A stretch of 64,000 nt of DNA from Clostridia bacterium (GTDB lineage: Bacteria; Bacillota; Clostridia; Oscillospirales; CAG-272), in the NCBI GenBank assembly GCA_017483195.1, contig JAFULR010000016.1, positions 7,169 to 71,168 on the forward strand. The letters are read 5' to 3'. The notes under the pieces were generated by a model. The model saw only the letters and a program-made list of their open reading frames with translations. It searched no databases and was not told the DNA's origin. How positions within the stretch are numbered: position 1 is the first letter of the stretch; each line of letters begins with the position of its first letter. A program made the translations under genes and the position numbers. Below are positions 37,101 through 45,229 of this stretch, one piece after another.

Positions 37101-38696
37101 TATGCTCCTAAGCTTGAATGGACATACCCCGAAGGATACAATTCGACAACTAATACAATTACTATTAAAGTAGATGAAGGTGCAGTACTTGAGTTTGATC
37201 CCAACTTCTTGCTTGCATCTAAATACGGTAACAATTTGCAGGTTGTAGTAAAGGTAAACGGTCAGGATTATACAGGCAACAAGATTGCAATTAATAGCAC
37301 TGCTGATAACACATTTACAATCACTTACTCCTATACCGATACTTATGTTCATGATATGCTTGGTGCTGGAGTAGTAACATCCATCAACTATGTAGATACG
37401 GTTGAAGTTTCAGTTCAGGTTATTAAGCAAGTTGGTGCTCCCGACTTTACATTCCACTACGGAACAAATGGTAGTGCAAGTGCAGGTTCTCCTCACGTAA
37501 CACAACCCTCTACTACCGTATCAGGTATAGTTGTTACAGCAGGTGCTGATAAATACATTATGCCCGATGTATCCGCTACACAAGATAACAAGATCGGTTC
37601 TACAACTGTTAATAACGTTACTATCTACTACCCCATTGTTGATGGTATTAACGTTCGTTCCGGTGCTTCAACTGACTATGACTTCTTGAGATACTATCCC
37701 ATCTTCAAGGGTGTAACAATTTCGGATGATACTCGCTCCTTTGGTTACACAACTACAAAGGAAATGCCCTCATACTTCACTTGGGTATCCGCTTCAATAG
37801 ATAGTGGTAACTCTTCTTCTGGTTTAGCAACAGATAAAGAGACGGGTGCTATACTTTATACATGTTACAACGACACTTACTTGTCTCGTTATCAGACACA
37901 AAAAGGTAATACCGAAGGCGGCGGAACATCTGTGGTTAAGTACAGCTATCAGGCGGTTGATGGTAATACTTACTACTACTATATTGGTTATAGATTCTAT
38001 GATGAAGACGAAGGCGGTGCTTGTGTAACAGGTGACACGCTTGTAACACTCGCTGACGGTACACAGAAGGAAATTCGAGACGTAACTGCTGAAGATATTC
38101 TCCTTGTATGGAATCACTTCACAGGTAAGTACGATACAGTTCCTGCTGCAATCATCTTCAATCACGGATATGATTACAACACAGTTATTAAGCTTAACTT
38201 TAGCGATGGAACGCAGGTTAAGATGATTAACCTCCACCAGTTCCTCGATGCAGATCTTAATAAGTACGTTACTATCGATTCTGCTAATGTTCAGGATTAT
38301 GTTGGACACAACTTCGTAAAGCAGGATGGCGATTCTTACACAACAGTAACTCTCGAATCCTATGAAATTTCCGAAGAGTATATCGAAGCTTACGGTATCA
38401 TTTCCGCACTTCACTACAACTTCTTTGTTGAAGGCATGTTCTCAACCGACTTTAAGAAAGACGATTATGACCTCTTCAACTATTTCACAATGGGTGAAAA
38501 CATGATGTTCGATGCAGAACAGATGCAGAGCGATATCGACACATACGGTTTGTACACATATGAAGACTTCGCTGAATACCTCACATATGAGCAGTTCGTT
38601 GGATTCAATGTACAGTACTTCAAGATTGCAGTTGGCAAGGGATATTACACATATGAAGGTATTCTTGATTTGATTGCTACATATCTTGGCAAATAA
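34137..38696 (+). CDS. Giant type IV pilin-like protein (1519 aa) with a C-terminal Hint (Hedgehog/intein-like) domain
   Basis: Class III signal KQKG|FTLVELLVVIAILAILA; T/N/V/G-rich beta-type body; Hint blocks GGA|CVTGDTLVTLADG (Cys1296), INLHQFL and HYNFFVEGMFS; 83-aa tail. Confidence 0.88.
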   Translation: MRNNKQKGFTLVELLVVIAILAILATVATVGYTAFIKQAHVSNDENVATQLNHFTDALKADSNSPVYEKLQANGGKITVDNVRDITDYILTDSGLGTLVPQSADYGYHFYFDLDAQEYVLIGDDDPRMLSMSPLGRLFAGAAEYSLTIHPEQCLTKDSRYFLVETGTELARLVAEFKEISDKDKLSAYHTSVSTYETDARGKLVGLIALVERTVFTTNVGHLVVDTTKNHDHLFVQKDLVVSNKNNHEITGLDGVTVIDKTHPLVALQSEQVIEISIKDDVTLATHSWWFANPEKATLVIKGIADPATLATRVDIDFTNAKFILDDGKTYTYKNGSIMDADGNSTPVEGKNKVKDFTVTCDGVEAGVVAFGNSGNNTYSLYIHYNKTEAFNLGATGFKGTVSDVNISGTDDVKFEKISGSSKLTVTEDGKVQVTGYPETNDLTAKIKVTCGVAEPKTIDVTIVRVTNASVPFNGSTLTMSDNNNTLTISYTGNKVFTFGTASFADNSSNTGINIVAADKQVTITHGAGDVFTISDNKTLTLNKFEGTQTFTITVGKMSKTFTVTVEDNSKNPFDIKWDTDKDAGIKYTTSGEGENAVKIPSFLYRVGNDNAITLGTLFNTIEEFSGNATLTIYDASQKSGTTYKEINTSNPNLNASYDDAKTLSYSDWASKKITFKGEGVAIIEITYNKQTVKVAVEVVDGYNVLTYGDLSAKNASNQTYKNFVLQNDIEMPSEGALNLQGNFFGNGYTFDITKGKYHYTEGGRNGIITLYGGALMDNVVIIGDKYTTICDAHKNAYYVAAIGLEGGILSNSYVYGCQTPVRSTGGKIINTVLDGGRFANLICKGGKTTVEDITTINQATDKYCGLGIVVEGGATLNVDGSLTQHNWISSSDKALITDNTISTFFDLMFGISEIKFNHSNDSWVNTGIFLKDATAIVINAPSNYIKVAKSYSSMGITATGYAYSFNNSVYSFTGKVTPNAYTPVTQGAYAPKLEWTYPEGYNSTTNTITIKVDEGAVLEFDPNFLLASKYGNNLQVVVKVNGQDYTGNKIAINSTADNTFTITYSYTDTYVHDMLGAGVVTSINYVDTVEVSVQVIKQVGAPDFTFHYGTNGSASAGSPHVTQPSTTVSGIVVTAGADKYIMPDVSATQDNKIGSTTVNNVTIYYPIVDGINVRSGASTDYDFLRYYPIFKGVTISDDTRSFGYTTTKEMPSYFTWVSASIDSGNSSSGLATDKETGAILYTCYNDTYLSRYQTQKGNTEGGGTSVVKYSYQAVDGNTYYYYIGYRFYDEDEGGACVTGDTLVTLADGTQKEIRDVTAEDILLVWNHFTGKYDTVPAAIIFNHGYDYNTVIKLNFSDGTQVKMINLHQFLDADLNKYVTIDSANVQDYVGHNFVKQDGDSYTTVTLESYEISEEYIEAYGIISALHYNFFVEGMFSTDFKKDDYDLFNYFTMGENMMFDAEQMQSDIDTYGLYTYEDFAEYLTYEQFVGFNVQYFKIAVGKGYYTYEGILDLIATYLGK

Positions 38697-38757
38697 ACTA
38701 ATACATTTCTCACGCCACCCCCACGGGTGGCGTGGGTTAATTACAAAAGGAAAAATT

Positions 38758-39405
38758 ATGGCAAAATTAAAATCGAGAAACTCGAACAGAAAAATTATAA
38801 TCCTTGTTGCCTGTGTTGTGTTAGCACTAGTAATAGGTGCAACAGTGGCTGTTTTGCTTGTGCAGGAACAAAATCACGGCGAGCAGATTAGCCATATTAA
38901 TATCAGCTCTATGCCCAATGATAGGGAATACTATCTTGACGAAGCACTTGATATAACAGGATTATCCGTTCAGGTTGTTTTGAATAATGGTTCTTATTAT
39001 TTTGTTTCTGCTGATGAAGTGACTGTAACCGGATTTGACAGTTCAAAAGTTAAAGAAGAGTTGGTTTTAACTGTAAGATATCAGGGATTTACAGATACAT
39101 TCACGGTATCTGTTGAAGCGTTTCCTAAGCCTAAGCCCACACTTGTTTATATAGAGGTAAAGGACTATAAACCAACTTATACATGGGCTGAATGGCAGAG
39201 TAATTGGATAAATCTTGATGGAACATATATTGAGTGTCATTATAGCGACGACAGCACATATAGAGTTACATTGACTACAGCTCGTATCATTGACGGTCTC
39301 GAAGGCATAAACGGCCCCGGCACGTATACACTTACTGTTTACTATGACGAATATGAAAGCGGAGTATTTTGTACTACGACCTTCACTATTACAATAACAA
39401 ATTAA
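38758..39405 (+). CDS. Membrane-anchored bacterial Ig-like (Big_3-type) protein, paralog of 33433-34044
   Basis: N-terminal TM helix; EYYLDEALDITGLSV...VTVTGFDSS...LTVRYQGFT..F.V followed by PKPKP. Confidence 0.8.
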   Translation: MAKLKSRNSNRKIIILVACVVLALVIGATVAVLLVQEQNHGEQISHINISSMPNDREYYLDEALDITGLSVQVVLNNGSYYFVSADEVTVTGFDSSKVKEELVLTVRYQGFTDTFTVSVEAFPKPKPTLVYIEVKDYKPTYTWAEWQSNWINLDGTYIECHYSDDSTYRVTLTTARIIDGLEGINGPGTYTLTVYYDEYESGVFCTTTFTITITN

Positions 39406-39406
39406 T

Positions 39407-40183
39407 ATGCCAAGATTCAGTTTAACACACATAATATTTTTACTCTGCGTAGTGGCGTTTTTGGCGGGCACGATGTGGCTAATATCGAAGCTCAATCGCA
39501 AGTGGCAGAACGTGATGATCGTCATTGGAGCGCTTCTTTGCGCGGGCGGAATTTTCTTCCGCTACGGTATGGGGCTTTCCTTTGAGGACGGTTTCACTTG
39601 GAAAACACTCGGTATGGAGATGCTTCAGGTGTGCAATTTCAATTTCATTTTGGTTCTGCTTATGCTGATTCCGAAGTTTGAGCTTGCGCGACAGTACAGC
39701 ATATTTTTCTCGATGTTCGCCGCGTCCACAACGCTCGTTAGCCTTCAGTCGAATTGGGCGACGATGAATTGGTACGACCTCACGATTATGAACTCGCTTA
39801 TCAATCACGTTTTCATTATCGCAGTTCCGCTCTGGATGCTCTCCGCGCGCCGCTTGAAGCCCCGCAAGGAATATATTTGGACGGTTGCGGGCAGTGTTTT
39901 CATTTATATGACGGTGGTTGCGATAATCGTAACGGTGCTTATGAAAAACGGCGTAATAACCGATCCCACGCCGCATTATTCGTTTATTTACGATACGTAC
40001 GGCATTGAGGTGCTTGATTTCCTTTATTGGCTCATTCCGTGTCCCTATTTTTATCTTTATCCTCTCGGCCCGCTTATGGTAGCATTCTTTTACTTCCTTG
40101 CGTGGGCATTCAGAAACTATGAGGTGAAACCTTATTGGGAACCGGAACGCGATACAAACAAAGACAACCCCTTTGAGGAGTAA
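39407..40183 (+). CDS. YwaF/TMEM164-like integral membrane protein
   Basis: N-terminal FSLTHI, LQVCN (compare LPLHLC), INH, HYSFI and PCPYFYL in a multi-TM protein. Confidence 0.65.
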   Translation: MPRFSLTHIIFLLCVVAFLAGTMWLISKLNRKWQNVMIVIGALLCAGGIFFRYGMGLSFEDGFTWKTLGMEMLQVCNFNFILVLLMLIPKFELARQYSIFFSMFAASTTLVSLQSNWATMNWYDLTIMNSLINHVFIIAVPLWMLSARRLKPRKEYIWTVAGSVFIYMTVVAIIVTVLMKNGVITDPTPHYSFIYDTYGIEVLDFLYWLIPCPYFYLYPLGPLMVAFFYFLAWAFRNYEVKPYWEPERDTNKDNPFEE

Positions 40184-40398
40184 TAATACATATTTCAATT
40201 TATATTAACCTATAACCGCAAGTATGGGCACTCGGCAAGAATCCTTTTGGTGTTTTTCTTCAGTGATTCCTGCGAGCTTGCGGTTAAAAAGGGGCGCGGA
40301 AACGCGCCCCGGATAAGAAAAATGTACGAAATAATGTACAAAACGCAATAGAGAAGGGGAAAAGATTTGTGCAAGTTGCCAATCTTTCTCAATTATTG

Positions 40399-40427
40399 TT
40401 GACATTTCCTTGAAAATGGTGTATAAT
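40399..40427 (+). promoter_or_regulatory. sigmaA promoter of the small pilin pair, no flanking inversion sites
   Basis: TTGACA-17 bp-TATAAT. Confidence 0.85.
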
Positions 40428-40522
40428 ACACTCGTAAAAAGTCAGAATATTCTGATTTTTCTATGTTTGATTGCACAACAAACACACAAAATTTTTTTGA
40501 AAACAAAAGGAGATTTATTCCA

Positions 40523-40918
40523 ATGAAAACTAAAGGCTTTACACTCGTTGAGTTGCTTGTTGTTATTGCTATCCTCGCAATCCTTGCAACAGTTTCCGTA
40601 GTTGGTTACACATCTTACATTAAGAATGCAAATGAAAGCGTAGCTCTTCAGGAAATGACTCAGGTTAGATCCTCTATCAAGGCTGAAGACATCCTCAATG
40701 GTAACTTTGCTATTTCTGGTGGAAAAGTTGCTCTTACAACAGGAAAAGATACTTCCAATGAAGAACTCGCTGCATTTGTTACTGAGTTGAACAAAACTTT
40801 GAAGAATGGTCAGGTACAGACTATAGCAGATCAATCTGCTAATATCGTATACAAATCTAAAGACGGAACAATTACTGCTACTTGGGATTTGGTAACTGAC
40901 GCTATCACTGTTCAGTAA
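40523..40918 (+). CDS. Type IV pilin (131 aa)
   Basis: MKTKG|FTLVELLVVIAILAILATVSVVGY; RBS AGGAG. Confidence 0.92.
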   Translation: MKTKGFTLVELLVVIAILAILATVSVVGYTSYIKNANESVALQEMTQVRSSIKAEDILNGNFAISGGKVALTTGKDTSNEELAAFVTELNKTLKNGQVQTIADQSANIVYKSKDGTITATWDLVTDAITVQ

Positions 40919-40951
40919 TATATTAATAAAATTTAAAGGAGAATTGGTCCA

Positions 40952-41356
40952 ATGAAAACTAAAGGCTTTACACTCGTTGAGTTGCTTGTTGTTATTGCTA
41001 TTCTTGCAATCCTTGCAACTGTATCCGTAGTTGGTTATACATCTTACATTCAGAATGCTAATGATAGCGTAGCTGTTCAGGAACTTTCTCAGCTTCGTGA
41101 TTCTGCTCTTGCTGTTGACTTGACAAAGTCCGAGGGTGGTAATATGGACGGTAAGGTATCCGTTGGCGAATTTAAGGAAGCTTTAACAAATGCAGGCATT
41201 ACATTTAATGAGAATGTATTTGTTATTACTCACGAAAATAAAGAGGGAGTAGATGCTGCAAAGCAGATTGTTACAAAAGTAGTTTACAAGCACTCCAATG
41301 GTGGCGTAGCTACTTGGACAGTTTCTGGCGACAAGGTTGAAGCAGGAGAAAAATAA
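40952..41356 (+). CDS. Type IV pilin (134 aa)
   Basis: First 33 aa identical to the upstream pilin; divergent C-terminus. Confidence 0.92.
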   Translation: MKTKGFTLVELLVVIAILAILATVSVVGYTSYIQNANDSVAVQELSQLRDSALAVDLTKSEGGNMDGKVSVGEFKEALTNAGITFNENVFVITHENKEGVDAAKQIVTKVVYKHSNGGVATWTVSGDKVEAGEK

Positions 41357-41418
41357 TCCAAACTATTCCAATTAATACCGCTCGCGATCTCGCAATCAAT
41401 CGCGGTGACGGAATATAT

Positions 41419-41454
41419 AAAACCCTCGAGCTACGGCTCGAGGGTTTTTCTTTT
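41419..41454 (+). terminator. Terminator after the pilin pair
   Basis: AAAACCCTCGAGC-tacg-GCTCGAGGGTTTTT. Confidence 0.8.
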
Positions 41455-41469
41455 GCGGCAGCAATCCAC

Positions 41470-42540
41470 TAAGCCTTCTCCAGCGGGAGAAGGTGGATGC
41501 GAGCAACGGAAATTAACGATTTTTGCTTGCCACAGGCGAGCAGACGGATGAGGTGTGAAGAACAAGTGACTCCTCATCCGCTTCGCGTACGCTCAGCACC
41601 TTCTCCCACAGGAGAAGGCTATTTGTGTGTTTGCACAAGCTCGTAGGGGTCGGCGGTCTCGCCTGCGGGCTCGGTCCACTCGCGTTCTAACAGTCCCCCG
41701 GACTGTTATTCATTGCGCTCGTGCCGCTTCGCTACCTCGACGACCCGTGTTTGTGGAAAAAGTAACTTCACCTTTGGAAAGTCACAAAGACTCCTTCGTA
41801 GATCCCATCGTCGCTGTCGCTCCTCGGTTTTGCATCGGCTCGCTTGCGCTCCCTCAGCAAAACTTCGCTACGCTCAGGATGACGTATAGCCGTTTTGATG
41901 GCGCGCCACTATTGTTTTGGATAACCGATTAATATTACGCGCGGCGCACAAACTCGTAGGGGCGCGCTGTGCGCGTCCGTATCCGTGGGAAAGTAACTTT
42001 GTCTTTGAAACTCTCCCACCACCACTTCGTGGTCCCCCTCCCTCGACAGAGGGAGGCGAGTTTTCTGTTGTTGCCCTCACTCGTAGGGGTCGGCGCCCCC
42101 GACGACCCGTGTTTGTGGAAAAAGTAACTTCACCTTTGGAAAGTCACAAAGACTCCTTCGTAGATCCCATCGTCGCTGTCGCTCCTCGGTTTTGCATCGG
42201 CTCGCTTCGGCTGATTGTAATTATACGGTCAAAAGTGCAGGGCTCCCTCTGCAAAACTTCGCTACGCTCAGGATGACGTCTCTGAACGATATTTGCGGTA
42301 GTGCGATTATTAGCTCGGGTCGTCGGGGTAGCGAAGCGGCACGAGCGCAATGAATAACAGTCAGGGGGACTGTTAGAACGCGAGTGGACCGAGCCCGCAG
42401 GCGAGACCGCCGACCCCTACACAAGTAAGTGCGCAGCCGTCAATTTTGCACTTTGCATTTTGTATTTAGCGGGTGCACGGAGTGCCCCCCTACGAGAGTG
42501 AGAGCGCAGCCGTCAATTTTGCACTTTGCATTTTGCATTT
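41470..42540. repeat. Non-coding cluster of REP/BIME-like and MITE-like repeats
   Basis: GTAG REPs at 41643, 41956, 42083 and on the minus strand ending at 42420 and 42493; 108-bp direct repeat 41738-41845/42100-42207; 105-bp inverted pair 41643-41747/42316-42420; 32-bp repeat at 42431 and 42504. Confidence 0.85.
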
Positions 42541-42560
42541 AGTGCGGTGACGGAATATAT

Positions 42561-42590
42561 AAAACCCTCGGGAGATCCCGAGGGTTTTTA
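42561..42590. terminator. Terminator for the MATE gene (bidirectional)
   Basis: AAAACCCTCGGGA-ga-TCCCGAGGGTTTTT. Confidence 0.75.
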
Positions 42591-42595
42591 TTTGC

Positions 42596-43951
42596 TTAAA
42601 GCTCGATATTTTGCTGTTCTATCCGCTTCATTTCTTTTCTGAAAACGAGCAGAATTACCGCAGAAATCACGCACACCGACAAAACCGTAAGGGGGGCATT
42701 GAGCCACAATCCCGTGAGCCCCAAGCCGTATAGCGCGAAAATAAATATCATTGGGAAAATAAACGCCGTCCCAACTGAAATAAGGGTCGCGTAAAGCGAT
42801 TTTTCAACCGCCGTCATATAGCTCTGCGTTGCAAAAGCAAACCAGAACATAAGCTTTGATACTGCAAAAATTTTAAGCGCCTTTACCGCCTCGTTCAAAA
42901 AAGCGGTGTCCGTGCTTGTTGTGAAAAGGGAAACGAGAACGTCGGGAATAAACCACATCATAGCAAACGAAACGACCGAAACCGCCGCGCTCGCTCCAAA
43001 CGTCCATTTTGTGATCTTCTTGACTCGATCAAAGCGGCGCGCGCCCCAGTTATATCCGATCGCGGGCTGGAGTGAATCGCAAATTCCGTAGATCAAGGGC
43101 TGGATTATCTCGCCAACGTACATTTGTATTCCGTAAATTGCTACCGCACTGTCGCCACCCATGGAAATGAGCGCCTTGTTCATTGCGATCGAGGTTATTC
43201 TGCCCGAAACGTTATTAAGAAATATGGGCATTCCGCATTGGATTATCTTTTTCGTGGTTTTTACCGAGAAGCGCGGTTTGGTTATTTTCAACTGCATTTT
43301 GCCGATCGCGAACAGTGTGAATGCTATCAATACCGATGCGCCGAAGCAAATGCACGGAGCAAGCGCTGCGCTCCAGATACCCCATCTGAAAACAAAAAGG
43401 AATAAAAATTCAAGCAAGATGGTGGAAATACTTGTGCCGATATTGAGCCACATGCTAAGCTTTACCTTGCCTGAGATCCTTAAATAGTTATCAAAAGCAA
43501 ACGCCGCGGGGGATATGGGTGAGAAGAACGCATAAACGCGAATATATTCAACTCCGAGTCTTTGAGCCTCGGGGCTTGCGTCAAGAAAGTCGAGAATGAC
43601 GGGTGCGCCGAACCAAAGAACGAGTCCCATAAGCGCGCCTGCTCCCGTTATCATAAGAAGCGCGCAGGTGAATATGTTATTAGCTTCCTTTTCATCCTGC
43701 CTGCCGAGAGCTATTGAGATCGGCACTGCCGAGCCCACCGCCACAAGGTCGGAAAGGGAAAAGCTGATTATTACGAAGGGGAAGGCGATATTTATTGCCG
43801 CAAACGCGGTATCCCCAAGTATGTTTCCTATAAATATACCGTCAAACAAACCGAAAATGGCGGAGGCGAGCATACTTACAGCACCCGGTATTGCGGCTAT
43901 AAAGAACAGTCTCCACACAGTCGTTTTTAAGAAAAATTCCTTATGATCCAT
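42596..43951 (-). CDS. MATE family efflux transporter
   Basis: AIPG...FGLFDGIFIG..LG..AFAAINI.FP, LQPAIGYNWGARRFDRVK; about 12 TM. Confidence 0.93.
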   Translation of the reverse strand: MDHKEFFLKTTVWRLFFIAAIPGAVSMLASAIFGLFDGIFIGNILGDTAFAAINIAFPFVIISFSLSDLVAVGSAVPISIALGRQDEKEANNIFTCALLMITGAGALMGLVLWFGAPVILDFLDASPEAQRLGVEYIRVYAFFSPISPAAFAFDNYLRISGKVKLSMWLNIGTSISTILLEFLFLFVFRWGIWSAALAPCICFGASVLIAFTLFAIGKMQLKITKPRFSVKTTKKIIQCGMPIFLNNVSGRITSIAMNKALISMGGDSAVAIYGIQMYVGEIIQPLIYGICDSLQPAIGYNWGARRFDRVKKITKWTFGASAAVSVVSFAMMWFIPDVLVSLFTTSTDTAFLNEAVKALKIFAVSKLMFWFAFATQSYMTAVEKSLYATLISVGTAFIFPMIFIFALYGLGLTGLWLNAPLTVLSVCVISAVILLVFRKEMKRIEQQNIEL

Positions 43952-44014
43952 ATTATCCTCTTTCAAATTGATACCCATACATTATATATGAATATCCTTG
44001 AAAAGTCAATGGAT

Positions 44015-44977
44015 TCAGGTGTAAAATATTGTTTCGATACGCTTTTGACAGCCCTCGGGTGAGTATTTCCATGCCTCGAGCCTGTTTACGGTCTTGGGAT
44101 CGATATAATATCTGATGGCAGTGGGGTAATTGTTGCGAGCGGTTTTGTCGATCAGGATGAGCTTTATCTTCATTCTGTCCGTAAGTATGCTTTTTATATA
44201 TACGGATACTTCATCGCCGATCTGAAGGTCGCTGAGAACGGGGTCGTCATCCCTTAATTCCGCAAGCCCTGCAAGGTTTGGCGCAAGCTCCACAAAAACT
44301 CCGTAGCTCTCAATGCTTCTTACAATTCCGCTAACGGTCTGACCCGTGGAAAATTCCGCGGCGTTTTCCTTCCACGTGCCGAGAAGCTCCTTCATAGTGA
44401 CGTATATTCTGCCCGTTTCACGATCGTTGGATTTTACGGCGACGAATATCCTTTGTCCGTTATACAATCGGTCACGGGGGTGGCTTATGCGTGAGACCGA
44501 GATGCAATCTATGGACAAAAGCGATATCACTCCGCAGCCGATATCCACAAAGGCGCCGAAATTGTCAAGATGCGTTACCGCGGCGGGCAGGATATCCCCC
44601 GGAGCGAGTGATGAAAGATAAAAATCGCAGCATTCCTCTTGCGCCTCTTTGCGGGATAGGATCGCTACGTATGAGTCGCCCTCCTGCTTTATAGAGTGCA
44701 CCTTGAAGCAGACCGTTTTGCCAACCCTTGTGATGATCGCGATATCCTTTATGGGCTCGTTATTGACCGACAAAACACATTCTTCTTTTGGGATAATTCC
44801 TTTGATCCCAAACAAATTTACGTGAAGATTAAGCTCCTCGTCGCACATTATGACGTTTGATTCGAGTATTTTGCCTTCGCGCATGGCTCGCTCAATGCCG
44901 GCAAGGCTTGATATGTAAGACGTATTTTCTGTGGTGTGGATTCTGCTGCCCTCGGGCATAAAATGGCTTTTAAACAT
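44015..44977 (-). CDS. S1 RNA-binding domain protein (3 S1 repeats)
   Basis: VTHLDNFGAFVDIGCGV..LL, GIVRSIESYGVFVEL.PNLAGL. Confidence 0.88.
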   Translation of the reverse strand: MFKSHFMPEGSRIHTTENTSYISSLAGIERAMREGKILESNVIMCDEELNLHVNLFGIKGIIPKEECVLSVNNEPIKDIAIITRVGKTVCFKVHSIKQEGDSYVAILSRKEAQEECCDFYLSSLAPGDILPAAVTHLDNFGAFVDIGCGVISLLSIDCISVSRISHPRDRLYNGQRIFVAVKSNDRETGRIYVTMKELLGTWKENAAEFSTGQTVSGIVRSIESYGVFVELAPNLAGLAELRDDDPVLSDLQIGDEVSVYIKSILTDRMKIKLILIDKTARNNYPTAIRYYIDPKTVNRLEAWKYSPEGCQKRIETIFYT

Positions 44978-45153
44978 TGGTTTTTCCTCTCTTTTTGCTC
45001 ATTTATTCCAAAATATTAAATCCGGCGAAAAAATATTCAAAAAAATTTTAAAATGGCAAATGAGAAAAAACGAGGAAATCATATGAAAAAACGAGAAAAC
45101 GAGAGATTGATTGGCGATAAATTAAAATCGCAAAAAAAGTTTTCAAAAAGGTA

Positions 45154-45182
45154 TTGACAAAGGGGAATATATTTGTTATAAT
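45154..45182 (+). promoter_or_regulatory. sigmaA promoter of rplM-rpsI
   Basis: TTGACA-17 bp-TATAAT. Confidence 0.85.
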
Positions 45183-45229
45183 GTGCAAGGTTAAAAATCA
45201 TAACACAATTTTATTGGAGGAAACATTTA

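Noticed and set aside
38022-38444. Hint domain as a true splicing intein
   Set aside because: It has no C-terminal His-Asn followed by Cys/Ser/Thr, no endonuclease, and does not interrupt a conserved host domain
41627-42424. Short ORFs in the pilin-MATE interval
   Set aside because: They are translations of REP/MITE repeats, with repeated peptides and no RBS
41470-42540. Possible CRISPR array
   Set aside because: The repeats are irregular, in mixed orientation and with duplicated 'spacers'; no cas genes are present
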